Shown piece after piece: positions 1-12,027 of a stretch of 44,657 nt of DNA. The notes beneath the pieces were generated by a model, which was not told the origin of the DNA, did not search any database, and worked only from the letters and a program-made list of their open reading frames with translations. The stretch lies in the NCBI GenBank assembly GCA_003693705.1, contig RBZT01000539.1, positions 1 through 44,657 of the forward strand, in the 5' to 3' direction. The position numbers and the translations under genes were made by a program. The first letter of the stretch is position 1. Each line of letters opens with the position of its first letter. Source of the DNA: Polymyxa betae A26-41. Taxonomy: Eukaryota; Protista; Endomyxa: Phytomyxea.

Positions 1-41
1 CGACGAAATGGTTTTCGGACAAAACTGTATTTTGACAGTGT

Positions 42-1921
42 TTATTCCTGATCGAGTGAGCGTTTTCTTGATGACATGGTTTGAATGCCAACTTTGAGTC
101 CGGCGACATACTGGCGAACAGGCAAATTATTGGGATTGGGCTGTTTTTTGAAATTCTCGCTCATATCGGATGGGAGAATAAATACAAGAGGTATTATTTC
201 GTTCGGGTACAATGTTGCAATGGCATTGGCCTTTTTCTTAGATCCTTTCAATGGGTGCGAACTACTGACAGTGTACTGATATGCGGCGACATCTGTCAGT
301 GCATCAATCAACGGAAATGTGTCGGACAACGGTTGATAATAGTGTCCTTGGTCTAGATAGTTCGGCACGTCGAGAAACTTTTCGACTACATGAGGAGAAA
401 TCGAAATTGTCAACTCTTCGTCGTCGCCTATCGACCAAGTGTGCTTCAGTCCAACATGACATGAATTACTGTGTCAATGTGTCTACCTTCCAATGAGCGG
501 CATTGTAGACGTTGTTGGCTGATGCCCAGTCCATTCTCGAACACTGCATGACCGAAACACTCAAAAAGGTGTCCTGCAATGGCCCCACCTGCGCCCAAGA
601 CCTCTTGCAGTTGGACCAGTGTGTCTTCACAATGTTTTGTGAATAATCGGCCACCGACATAATCTGAAGCGATATCCAAATAACGGAACTTCATATTCTC
701 GTCGGTCACGATATGAAGAAGCATATGTGAGTTCGGAAATTTCAGGGTTGATTCGTTCACCGCGGTTATGGTAGACCGCGCGTTGGCATCCTTGATGGCA
801 TCATCAATACTAGGAGGGTCAGCGGTTGGTTGGAAAAAAATATATCGAGCCACGCCACCGTATATGGCAAATCGCTCAAAAACAATCTCATCCGGTATTG
901 AGGGGTAACAATCGCTGCGGCATAGCTTGATCTCTTCCAGCGACCACACAGGAAGGTACAACGGCGAAATCTGCCGATGTACATTCCATTTGGTAAAATG
1001 GGGATTACGTGGTGACGATATGAATAGTGTTAGACAACGCGCCGGAAATAAGGGCTTGGTGTCGGTGCCGTCGATAATATAGAACACGTCGTGCACATTG
1101 TCTGCAATGAAGTCATCGGCTTGCGTTTTAGACATTCTAAATGCCTCCCAGTTCGACGTGATATGATAAAAAGTATCACCAACATGATAGATTATCTGTC
1201 TGTTTTTCAGCTCCTCGGTGGACAGCATCGTTTTCAGAATGAAAATAAGAGACGTCGTCTTTCCACATCCAGGCGTTGACGATAGAGCGTGCGATAACTG
1301 GTCATGATCACGGAATGCTTTGATAAATAAACCGAACCATTTGTTGTAGCAATCCCGAATAAATATCGCCTTGGTGAACGGTTGTAGAAACGGTAAATAT
1401 CCAGAACTTGCAATAACGCGCTGATCATCATTAGGGCTGTTGCGCAAGAGTTGCAGGAGCTCTGTCTCGTCCTTGTCCAAAGCGGGACCTGGCAACAAAC
1501 GTCAACAATCAGCCACCGAGACGTGGGAATAGTAAGATGTCCTCCCCATTCTCATGTCAAACAACCGAAAGAGTTAGGTGCAAACAATCCAATGTCAGAG
1601 AATCNNNNNNNNNNNNNNNNNNNNNNNNNNNNNNNNNNNNNNNNNNNNNNNNNNNNNNNNNNNNNNNNNNNNNNNNNNNNNNNNNNNNNNNNNNNNNNNN
1701 NNNNNNNNNNNNNNNNNNNNNNNNNNNNNNNNNNNNNNNGCGGCGATGGCGATGTCTCGGGCACGCTCGGCGGCGGCGATGGCGATGTCTCGGGCCTCTC
1801 GCAGGTTGGGCAGATTGGGGTCTGCGGCATTGACGGTGCGGGCATTGTGGTAATCGTCGGCCGCTGCCTTCGCCTCCTCGTCACGCTGCTTATAGAGGTC
1901 AAACTCAGGCGACGACGACAT
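42..1921 (-). CDS. Crinkler/RHS-like effector: helical repeat N-terminal header + P-loop NTPase + C-terminal restriction-endonuclease-like (PD-(D/E)xK) domain; multi-exon, interrupted by an assembly gap
   Basis: Walker A STPGCGKTT, Walker B-like FYIIDG, LFISSP, 'LYLPVWSLEEI' and 'FAIYGGVARYIF' in ORF 446-1498. A GT-AG intron at 428-486 joins it in frame (LEG|DDEELTIS) to the 42-427 exon carrying 'YYQPLSDTFPLIDAL..YQYTVSSSHPLK', typical of CR-REase. Probable ATG at 1921 (MSSSPEFDLY); acceptor at 1489. Confidence 0.85.
1605..1739. other. Assembly gap (others at 36833-36894 and 37034-37088)
   Basis: Runs of N. Confidence 1.
1740..1796 (-). repeat. 33-bp coding tandem repeat (ARDIAIAAAER) running into the N gap at 1605-1739
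   Basis: gcggcgatggcgatgtctcgggc occurs twice, 33 bp apart, next to the gap. Confidence 0.7.
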
Positions 1922-2072
1922 TAAGATATATGGAAAAACGCCGCTATCAAAAGTGCGTGAAATCACGAGGGTTCTCCAAAGAACATATCAGAACAAAGAA
2001 AGAATAATAAGAGACTCAACACAATACAAAGAAGATTACAGAAAGAGAATTTATAGCGTATCATACCTTAAA

Positions 2073-2208
2073 TCTGGGGTCGTTGGGGTCACCAAATCTG
2101 GGCCAGATTGTGAAATAAAATAAAATTATTTCAAAAATTTCAAAATAATTATAATTTTTCTGGGAGTGGAGAATCTGTGGTAGATTTGGTGACCCCAACG
2201 ACCCCAGA
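2073..2208. repeat. MITE-like element: perfect 27-bp inverted repeats around an AT-rich core
   Basis: tctggggtcgttggggtcaccaaatct (2073-2099) and its exact reverse complement (2182-2208); no clear TSD. Confidence 0.7.
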
Positions 2209-2282
2209 ATGATAATTCAATGAGTAAGTACTAACCTATTTATACAGAATTCAATTTTTATTATAATGGTATTTCTGGAAAG

Positions 2283-2314
2283 AGGTTGGGAGATACATTT
2301 GTATCTCCCAACCT
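2283..2314. repeat. Perfect 15-bp hairpin with a 2-nt loop
   Basis: aggttgggagataca-tt-tgtatctcccaacct. Confidence 0.85.
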
Positions 2315-2575
2315 GAGCATGATTACGAGCTTCGTCTTTTTCGAGTACCTTCTCGACCGTTCAAATGGTACCCAGAAAAGGAATTCAGAGGCAGTCGTGC
2401 TTGCCGCATTAACCTAAATAAACTGAAACCAGAAAGTGTCATTTCGAAACAGCAGATAAAACGATGGAATCAATATACTGAGTCCCCGAATGGTGTCCCT
2501 ATTCCCTACCGAATTACTGACAGGCAGAGATTCAACTCAATCAAACCAAAGATGACAAGAACCCGATCTTATTGT

Positions 2576-2860
2576 TTATTCTGAAGCAGCAGCATTCTGT
2601 TTCGCCCTGAATTCCTTCTCATTTTCAGCCAAAATGGCATTTCGTAAATTCTGAACATCAAATCAAAAGTTAGTAAGCATTCTTTGATAGTGACATAAAG
2701 CGTAAACCTTCTTTTTTTGGTGCAGACATTCATAATAGTCTTCGCGTTGCAGGCGGCAATCAGCATGGGGCATATCGGATTCACGGATGCAGGTCTCTAG
2801 CGACATCCAGAACAGGGCACAACGTCCAACGGCACCATGAGCTCCAAAGCCGGATGACAT
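2576..2860 (-). CDS. NDUFS5: NADH:ubiquinone oxidoreductase 15 kDa subunit (NDUFS5-like, twin CX9C), 2 exons, about 75 aa
   Basis: MSSGFGAHGAVGRCALFWMSLETC...DCRLQREDYYECLHQKK matches the plant/fungal NDUFS5 pattern (GxxGRCxxFWxxxxxC...CxxxxEDYxECLH). Intron 2651-2707; stop at 2576-2578. Confidence 0.88.
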
Positions 2861-4036
2861 GAGCGATGTCGTGCGATGCTTTCTAACGAAGTCACCCTCA
2901 CAATCTATGAAGATCGTAATAACGACTTAAGGATGGCCGCGCTGCGCAGCCACCTCATTTTGATTTTCTCTCTCCCTTCAAATGTGCTAAAAGGTCCATC
3001 TGATCAAGATGGCAGCAAGTTCTGGCGATGTATGACAAGTTAAAAGAGCGGCTATAGCGCCGACCAAGGAATGGCATGTGAAAACAAGAAACGCCAATAA
3101 GCAGAGCTTCCAGAAACATTCTTGCTGCCTATCGAACCCTCAATTTTGTTCATCAGCAAAACACATTGATCGAAGATAAAGTGTAATTAATAACATCTAC
3201 GAAGAAAAAAGTCACAAATGCTTTCCTTTCTGCAAATCCAAGTTTGCAGCCCTGAAATCTGTCAGCACGTTCCTCAGATCTTCTCTGTTCATTTAACGAT
3301 GTAATTTCTGATTGTCTGCTGGGGCAGCTGGCATCCCATCCTGCTCTGCTCAGCTTCTCCATGTCGCTGCTTGAGTCCCAGGCCCTGTAGCATCTTCTCC
3401 CATCTCTGATCACGACCATTATGACCCGAAGGAGGCCATGCGGTCACCCTGAACGAACCCCACCGAGGATTTGTCGTCACATTATGCATACGACTCTTGA
3501 TGTAATAGTAGGTGCTGCATCTGCCCAAATGTGATTTTATTGAATGCAGTAATACAAGAATGGAAGCGAATTTCTGTAATGATGCTAATACGAGAGGCAT
3601 TATAACCGATCCTGAAATTATGACAGAAGTCTGTGCTTCTCTGGTGCTCGTATGATCTCCCCGTCCCGTCAAATACGCCTTATTCGGCTCCTCAGTTCCC
3701 GATCAACAAGTCAGTCATGGATAAACATAGCTGCTGGTCATTGTGATGTAAGTGAATTGCGCGCCGCCACATATTCACTTAAACTGAAATCGGCTCTTCG
3801 CTAGCTTCATTAGTGGACTGATTCAAGGGATCGTATTAATGATATCGAGCGGCGATTCCAGCCATGTTCGAGAACATGCGGGAATGTCAGCCCAACGATC
3901 GGGTCGCGTCAGGTCCCATAAATCGTTGTTCGATTGCGATCTTTGTTGATCGGTTGTTCGCTCTGCCCGGCACAGGCTCCCGCCATCGTCGTTATTATCA
4001 TCTCGGGCCTCTAGTCTTCGAACGAGCGTCGAGAAC

Positions 4037-5107
4037 ATGGCATTAGATGGCGCTGTTCCTTTCACGGTCCCGGTTGCGATGAAACCATCGCTGGGGCTTG
4101 ATCATCTCATCGAAGCCATTACCGTCGAGCTCGCTGCTCAAAAGTTTGCACCAACATGCTGTGGATCCTCTCTCAATAACCTTATCGTTCAGGCGTGAAA
4201 AACGTCGCAATATCGAACGGGTTAGGTCCATCATGGCCATGTGGGATGCCAGCGATCGCAAAACGTGGGAAAAATTTGCCCAGTTCGATCCAGACAAAGC
4301 GTACACTCGGAATTTGATCGCTACCGATAACGAGAACTTCACGTTGATGATCCTTTGCTGGAACAAAGCCCGTGTCAGGTATTCAGCATTTCCTGCGATG
4401 TGAAAGTTTCTTTCGATCTTTAATCATTCACAGTAAACTTGCTTCTCCATCAAAATTTCTTCACAATTTTTGCATGTTTCTCTTTAGATGCATTCATAAC
4501 ATCGATAGCAGTTTCTGTTCGTTTAATTTCTGCTGGCTAATTCCCATCTTAGCCCTGTCCATGATCATGCGAACAGCGAATGCTGGGTCCGGGTCATTGC
4601 TGGTACCGCCCTAGAAGAACTGTATGAAACCGATCCCGATCCCAGCAATCCTTTGCGTCTGAAACGGACGGAGACTTATGGGCCTGGCTCTGTCTCACAT
4701 ATTCATGGTATGTTTTAATTTTTTATTTTCACAACTCTTCCCTAACCGCTTGACTATGAACGCTGCTTCCAAGTGTTAGATTTCCGCTTTCTTTGCTTTT
4801 GTTGGTTGAAGGTCTATTGAGCTGTCTCTTTAGATGCTATGGGAATACACCGATTGGGAAATGCAGATTCAGAATCCCAGCTGTTGACTTTGCATTGTTA
4901 TTCACCTCCGTTCAGTACGTTGATAGTCAATATGTGCAATGGCTGTTTGTTAACTTGTTGCTATAAGAATCCTGTCACATCTTTCCTGATCAGCTAAGTC
5001 ACGGTGTCGACTGTCCAGTGACATTCTTCTCGGAGCATGGCAAGAAGTACGCCGATGACGAGGTTATAAAGAACGACAAGATGAAAAATCCATGCTTCTG
5101 CCCCTAA
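4037..5107 (+). CDS. CDO1: Cysteine dioxygenase type I (cupin), about 5 exons
   Basis: Spliced motifs YTRNLI..NFTLMILCW, SPVHDHANSECWVRVIAG, HRLGN, TLHCYSPPF; GT-AG introns keep the frame; stop TAA at 5105-5107. Confidence 0.9.
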
Positions 5108-5505
5108 CAGATCACAAACCCATCCTTGTGTTCCAGAAGTCATGTATTGCTGTTTCTCCTTCGAATATATGTCGGTATTTTTCAATGGAAAGGCTGGATT
5201 TTTCAGTAAAACATATGTATTAAATTGAGATCATCCAATATGTTATTCATCTGCTAAGTCAAATGAAATCGGAGCTCGATTTTCTGATCTCATCAGTTCC
5301 AGGACATTTTTCTCTTGCTGGATTGATCAGAAAACCCAAAATTGAAGAATAGTTAAGCAATCGTCAATAATAATGGTTGAAAAATTGTACAATGTTTTTA
5401 TAGAGTATGATAATTAAGATTCGCCGAAGAGCTCAATAGATTTAAAAAGTTCCAGCACAAAAATACTATGTCTAAATGATTTTACAGTGGAACTGCATGG
5501 CATTT

Positions 5506-6491
5506 TTAAATACTGAGAGAGACCCTGGTTGTTTCATCTTTAGGTAACTGCTTTAAAAGCGATTCCTGGGACCCTGGAAGATGAGAGAAATGCGATGAGC
5601 AGTTCTTACTGGAAAGCAGAACGGCGACACTGATAGCATCCGAACGAATATCATCAGAACAAGATGTGAGAATATCGGCAATGTCGCTGCACCAGTCCTC
5701 GGGAATATCGATATCCATTGTGGATAGCGTTTCCACGATTCGAAGAGTTCGCTGCGGGTGTGCCGATAAAATCGGTTTTAGGACACCGAAGCCGTTGAGG
5801 TCATTGGCAAACGCCAATCCTGCAGGCGAATAAGCGCGAAATATCGAAGACAGCGCGAACAGACTGCGATGAACGCAATCGTGTGATGGATATTCAGCAA
5901 GCTTAATCAAGGCGGAAACGGCGCCAGCCTCGGTAAGACGTTTCGAAACAGCGACATGGTTCTGAGCGGCGCTGCCAAGCGTGATGGCGATCTGCGATTT
6001 AATTCTCGGCGAGCAGCAAGATGGCGCTAATTCCGCCTTCAAGCATTGGTTGAGGTGCTCGGTAAGGAAATCGTACACGCCGGCGGATGCCATCATATCT
6101 GCTGCATCGTATGATAATGAGAAATCAGCCAAGTCTTCGAGAGCTTCGGATAGGTCTTTTGCAGATTCTCGTGTGAATGCCGAATGGTAGAACTTCATGG
6201 CGTTTTCAAAGTTCAGCTCGCTTCCCTAAACAATGTCTCAATTTCATAGCAACTAAAAGAAAGAGGCAAAAGTGAGATCAAACACGACGTAGATAGAAAA
6301 TTTGTGAAAAATGAATTTGATTATGGGGCTGATAAACGAAGATAGATTCAGCATACGTTGGAAGGCGCCATCATCTCATCGTCGTTGGATTCAGAGGCGA
6401 CATCAGCATCACTACGGCCTCGGAACAATACAACCGACAATGCCAACGCTAACAGAGCGATCGCGACCGTTAAAAGACTCCTAGGGATCAT
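5506..6491 (-). CDS. Hsp70/BiP nucleotide exchange factor, SIL1/Fes1/HspBP1 family (ARM repeats) with N-terminal signal peptide
   Basis: Exon 1 (6491-6357) MIPRSLLTVAIALLALALSVVLF. Intron 6226-6356 joins in frame to 'ALEDLADFSLSYDAA', 'TLGSAAQNH' and 'SLFALSSIFR'. The 3' end is uncertain. Confidence 0.75.
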
Positions 6492-6560
6492 CGTCTGGAA
6501 ATGGGAATTGCAATCAAGAGTGTCTCAGGCAATTGAATGCTGACGTCAGCCTGAATCAAT

Positions 6561-6746
6561 CCAGAGCCACGCAACTTTCTTTCCATTAGCGGAAATCTCG
6601 TTCGCAGTTTCTTTTTCACACCCAGAACCACGCAAATTTCTTTCCATTTGCGCGGAAATGTCGTTCGCAGTTTCTTTTTCTCAGCCAGAGCTACGAAACT
6701 ATCTTTCCATTTGCGGCGGAAATCTCTTTCGCAGTTTCATTTTTTC
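6561..6746. repeat. Three imperfect 61-63-bp tandem repeats in the divergent SIL1-like/AN1 intergenic region
   Basis: Units start at 6561, 6622 and 6685: ccaga..cacgcaa.tttctttccatt.gcggaaat.tcgttcgcagtttctttttc. Confidence 0.8.
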
Positions 6747-7168
6747 GCCCGGGTTTCAACGAAAATAATCGAAAAATCCCCGATTGAATCGCGAGATTTC
6801 TGTGAATTCCTGGCCAACAAGCAGCATTCTGGCTGTTGCTGAATGCCCTGCTCCCTTTTGAGTTTAGATAGTTATAACAGTCCCTCAAAGCCCAGCCTAG
6901 TTTTGAAATATCTGATGAATTGCTGGAAGTTTAGAGAGGATGTAATTGGCCTGTTAGACAGTACAGGTCTCCTATATTAGCTGATTATATTCTCTATCTA
7001 AAATGATATTCATCTGTTAGTTGTTCTGCTTTGCCTTTTTAACTTGCTCGCGCTCTAAAGATTGGAAGTCAATTACGGAACATCGAAATTGCGTCGTTCT
7101 GTGACCTTCTCTGCTAGAACAGGTCCGACCATCGATGATGCTTGAGCGTGTTTAATGAGCCAGCTTGC

Positions 7169-7796
7169 ATGGAATTCGCCAGCCTCGGCAGGCATTGTGC
7201 CAATCCTATATGTAGACAACAAGATTTCGTCCCATTCCAATGCGATGTTTGCCTCAAGGTATGCTCGATTATCCATATTTGTTCTCGTTCTTTTCTTTCA
7301 TGTTATTTTTTAACGAAGATTTGCATTTCTAAGTTCCACTCTTTCTCAAAACGTTTTTCTGACACTATCTTCAAAGTGGTATTGTCTCGATCATCGAGCC
7401 TATCGCACTCATGGATGCCCTGACGAAAAACAATCGCTGCAAGCAATATTATGTCCGATTTGCAACAAGACCTTTCGAGTCTACCAAGGACAGCCTGCTG
7501 ATGCCATTGTAAACGAGCATATCCGGATGGGGGAATGTGCTCGACATCAGTCTAAAGAGCTCAGAAAGAAGAAAGAGCAGCGATGTCATGTGAAAGGCTG
7601 CTCTAATATTCAGTATACCATAGCTTGCTCGAAATGCAATGCTATTGTATGTATCAAACATAGGTATACTTTAAATAGCCGTTTTCTTTTTGTATCTCGT
7701 TCTTGGTTCTCACAATCATGCAGATTTCCAGAAGATCACAGCTGCCGTAGTAAATCTACATGTTCAGCTCCGAGAGGTACCTGCATCGTATCATAA
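7169..7796 (+). CDS. AN1-type zinc finger protein (AIRAP/ZFAND2-like), 3 exons, C-terminal CaaX
   Basis: MEFASLGRHC..C.QQDFVPFQCDVC|WYCLDHR...HGC; CPIC...NEH; a second AN1-like finger (C..KGC...C.KC...CIKHRFPEDHSC); ends in CIVS-stop. Confidence 0.88.
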
Positions 7797-7931
7797 GGTG
7801 TTTCCTGCACTTTCGAACAATCTTTGATTGTTGCACCAAGTAGCGCCTGTTGATGTTTACCTAGTGGAGAGGCCATTGCTTCCTGTATCATTGTTCTAAA
7901 GTGATAATCAGCTTCAAAATAATCATTTACA

Positions 7932-8084
7932 AACTTGATTCTCTATTAGTGGGAAATGTATAGAATATCATCTGATAACTTGATTCTCTATTAGTGGAAA
8001 TGTATAGAATATCATCTGATAACTTGATTCTCTATTAGTGGGAAATGTATAGAATATCATCTGATAACTTGATTCTCTATTAGT
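7932..8084. repeat. Near-perfect 45-bp minisatellite, about 3.4 copies
   Basis: aacttgattctctattagtgggaaatgtatagaatatcatctgat starting at 7932, 7977, 8021 and (partial) 8066. Confidence 0.92.
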
Positions 8085-8688
8085 AGGGTATGTTGAAGGT
8101 CATTTTCGTTCTCTGTTGTTCTTCTGCGGGATGTAATCTGCCGTCTACCGATATCATTCTCAAATATCTCACTGTCTGCAGTGGTCATTAATGACACCCT
8201 TGGCTCTCGATGGAGTCGGCCGGTGGCAGGCGATGGCATAGGCCACGACTCAGCAGATTTTAGGGCTTCAGATATTTTCTGAAGATTTCTTGTTCATGAG
8301 CTATATCCTGGCTTTGATAGCAAGGCCTGGTGGTGATGACAGACAATGATCTAAGTCAATGCTCGTCTTGGTTTGTTGCTGATGCTGAAGGAGCCCAGTC
8401 AGGTCCCTTCACACTTGAACAAGTAATATCCTAAATTTCTCATAAGCATTGATCACTATACGCTAGCTCTCTTGTTTTATAATCAGAAACCGTCAACCGC
8501 TTTTGGAGATATCGCTTTATTCTTTCGAAATATTCAAGACGGATCGATTTACATTTAGTATATTACGACTAATGTTTAAAAGCGCTTATGCTTCCTGATT
8601 TTCTTTCTGCGTCCCATTTCCCTTTTATCTGTGCAGAAAGGATTTAGATAGCAAATCAGATTATGCACTTTTGCTAATTCAGTTCTAG

Positions 8689-11298
8689 TTGAAATCATCC
8701 AAGGCCTATTTCGATCGAAATCAGACAAGAGTTTGGTGTGAATATCTGCCAGAATGGACCCCTGTAAACGACGTCTCCTTTCTTGTTAAGGCTTTCACAA
8801 CCCTTCAGGTAATGCCACATTTCCATAAATTCTTTCAATGTACTCTATTCATTTGACCTTTTTGGGCGCTTTTTGAAATTCTCTTGGTTTAGGTGGAAGA
8901 TGAACAGGAACCTGATATCTGTGAGCTGATCAGCAGCAAAAGTGCACCAGACGACCGGATGCCTCGTGTAAAGTAATTGCCGATTCAGTCATCACCCGAC
9001 TTGAGATAAATTGCAGTATTTAGGTTCAACGAGTACGTCGAAGTTCATGCTCTGGATTCCTTCAGATCCGATTCACCGTCGTTGACTTCAGAGACACCGA
9101 AAAGCTCAAATATCGGTTTGCTTGATGCCTTTGCATGATTTTCATGGCTTACGCCTTTATCTTTAGATCCATCAGCAGCAGCTCCGATCGGGATATCTCG
9201 AGTGCAAGCAGCGTTAAAGACGATGAATGCATCATTAATCAACATCGGATCATCTAAACGCCGTCCTTTATTGTTATTTCCAATCATCGACCTTGGGCGC
9301 TATATCGAAGATCTGGAACGTACTGCATTTGCAAGGTGAGATATCCTTTATCTCTACTCGCATTGATTGCAGTTTCTGTAACTTATTCCACAGTTTAACT
9401 GAAGAGGCGATTTTGGCTCAGCTTTGTCTTGAAGTAACTAAGGTAATGGCTCGGATTGCTGAACCCAAATCTAAAAATTTTGCTTCTCAGGAACGCGATA
9501 ATTTCTCGGTATTGTCGGAAGAACAGCAGCGATCGTTCCACGATCGTAGCCTGGCGTTCACTCAGGCACAAAATGCCGACATGGTAGCAGCGACTGATGA
9601 GCTTGAACGAGACTCCATGGCCATCGTCGATACCGCTTATCAAATTCTTCAAGCAGAATCTTCGAATTCCAGCGAATATAGCGATATGATTGAAGCCCGA
9701 GCGCATCTCGACTCGACGATCAGCTCTAATCGCATCGAGATCCAGTATCTTCGTCGACTCGCTGAGCGCCAACTGCATCTTACCAAGCATACCGCTCTGT
9801 ACGTCTATTACAGAACGATCGTTACTGCCATCATGCAGTATCTTCTTGCAATGCGATTGCTGCAAGGCTTGAAGTATGAGTGAAAGTTATTCTGCCGAAT
9901 AATCTCTTACGATGCTTTTAGTGGTCCAGATCATGATCGCTATAAGAAGAAAATCAAAGCCGACCCTGTTTTAAAATCTTTGGTGAAAAAAGGTCGCTAA
10001 AAGTGCTGAAACAGAAACAGCTTTATAACGCTTGTTTCAGGAATCGAGGTCCAAGGACAGATATGCCCTTTAGCTCGTGGTGATGCTGCCACGATCATGA
10101 CGACTGTATTGGATGCTCTGCTGAACATAATCCATTCAAGTCATGTCGCGATACGATCGTATTATCATCATTCGACCGAAAACGTTCGATTCGCTACCGC
10201 TGTTCAAACGTAAGGACAATATGTTGCTGGATCTTATCTCATTGCAATAGTTTGCGGTTTTCCAACCAAACTGAACTTTTTGCTGTTTAAACTCGTTAGT
10301 AGTGTTGTTTCTAATTTGTCTTAGGTGTGCCGACACCATTGCTCAAACTTTGACATTGCGCTACGAAGAGCAGATTCGCATGTTGACTTGCCGATCAGCT
10401 CAAACTTTAGGTAATTGGTGCCGTTATAGTTTGACCTCTAGACTAATTTTGGAATTTTTTTTAGCGGAATTCGGTCTCAGGGCCATGTTCCATCTACTGA
10501 GCAAAGGGATTCCATTTCCTGAAGACAATAGGAATATCACCTTGATGGTTTCACACGTTGTGGCTAGCGTACAAGACGAATCCACCCTAAATAAGGGTAA
10601 CCATACGTAATGGACTAAGTATTTGTTTTCATTCGTCATCTCAGGATCCAAAATCTTCGCAAAGAAGGAGAAACTGCTTACAATTCGTGGCTTAGAGAAA
10701 GATACATGGAATGCTGTAGGAATATATAGAAAGAGGTAATACTCGTCATGCTTTTATATATGTCTGCTGATCGTCAATAGTGGTGTTCGAGTCTACACAG
10801 AAAAAGGCGATAGTCAACGGTTCTTCGAAGGAGGCTTATTCGAAGCCAATCCCAGGAAATACGGCTACAGATTAGGAAGCCTATCTGAATGTGAGACCTT
10901 GAAGATGGTATGATGATGTTTCTGACAACCGGATGCCTTGCTAATCAAAATGCATTTTAAAGACGGAAACGACCCCGAGTCGGCATCGTACCGATATGGC
11001 GACAGCTTGCTACGACAGTTCGGATCGACCAACGATGAATGCCTTCGTACTTTCAGAGTCCACTCGAGGAAGCCCTGGGATGCCGAGCCCAGCTTCAATG
11101 AATTCGTCGAATATGGATGTTGCATCTACCATCGATGACAAGATTTTCGACGATGATCCGAAATCGACCGGGGATTTGGAAACACGAATTCATCATTTAG
11201 AAGGTGCTGTTGAGCTTCTAACCAAGGAAAATCTCGCTCTGAAACAAGAACTGGAACGCATTCGGCAATGCCTACAGCAATCTGGCTTTCAGTTGTAA
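8689..11298 (+). CDS. Uncharacterised multi-exon protein with C-terminal coiled coil; 5' end uncertain
   Basis: A chain of exons bounded by GT-AG links ORFs 9293-9883, 10302-10610 and 10996-11298. Internal motif WNAVGIY..SGVR...ANPRKYGYRLGS; C-terminal heptads LETRIHHLEGAVELLTKENLALKQEL. Confidence 0.65.
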
Positions 11299-12027
11299 AT
11301 ATAAAGCAGCATCTTTCGCAAACCGCCTGCTCGAAGACTAGATATTCATCGATAGCTAAGTTTCTTGACGCTTAGATTTAGCGCTCGCTCGTAGTCATCT
11401 TTCGCCTTGTTTTCTTCCGGAAATGGCCCAAGTCTATCTTCTCTTCACGATCTTGTCTTACCTTCACAATCTCCCCAGCTTGTTCTCGATCAGGGTTGCA
11501 AATCCATTACAATAAATACCTTGCTGATATCTCAAACCAGGAATTCAGCTGAATGACGACACTATTATAGAGCCACATTTGAGTTGATCGTTTGTCGACC
11601 ATGTCGAATTAGTTCCATAATCAAGCAAGCAACATGACTGAATCCATTGATCCTACGACATCAAATCGGTTTTGGAGCTATGCAGATATTGAGCTAACGA
11701 TGAACTTCATCAGATATCTCGAAAACGAATTCACTTTGGATTTTAAGGTGCCCAAAGAATCGGTTGCTGGATATGAGATCTGGACACCTCGTTAACATGT
11801 CACAAAGGTAGTCGTCCAATCCAGATAATCGAGATTCGTCATTGGCTGACAGCATTGTGATCAATCATCAGGATGAAAAATCTTTGAGAGACAGGACCAA
11901 CTCGCACTTTGCCAAATAGCTTCGAGAAATTAAACAAATCGAATGCGAGTTCGTCTCAGAGTCAAAACTGTCACTGATTTCTGTCCCTCCGGCATCGGCA
12001 AAATCACAGACTCATAAACCATCAAGC

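Noticed and set aside
2283-2314. Hairpin as a Helitron 3' end or a rho-independent terminator
   Set aside because: No CTRR terminus at the expected distance and no U-tract; the genome is eukaryotic
2868-4030. Short ORFs between NDUFS5 and CDO1
   Set aside because: No recognisable motifs and no consistent exon chain
7932-8084. Possible CRISPR-like array (also 6561-6746 and 26755-26830)
   Set aside because: The units are tandem without unique spacers of regular length, the context is eukaryotic, and there are no cas genes
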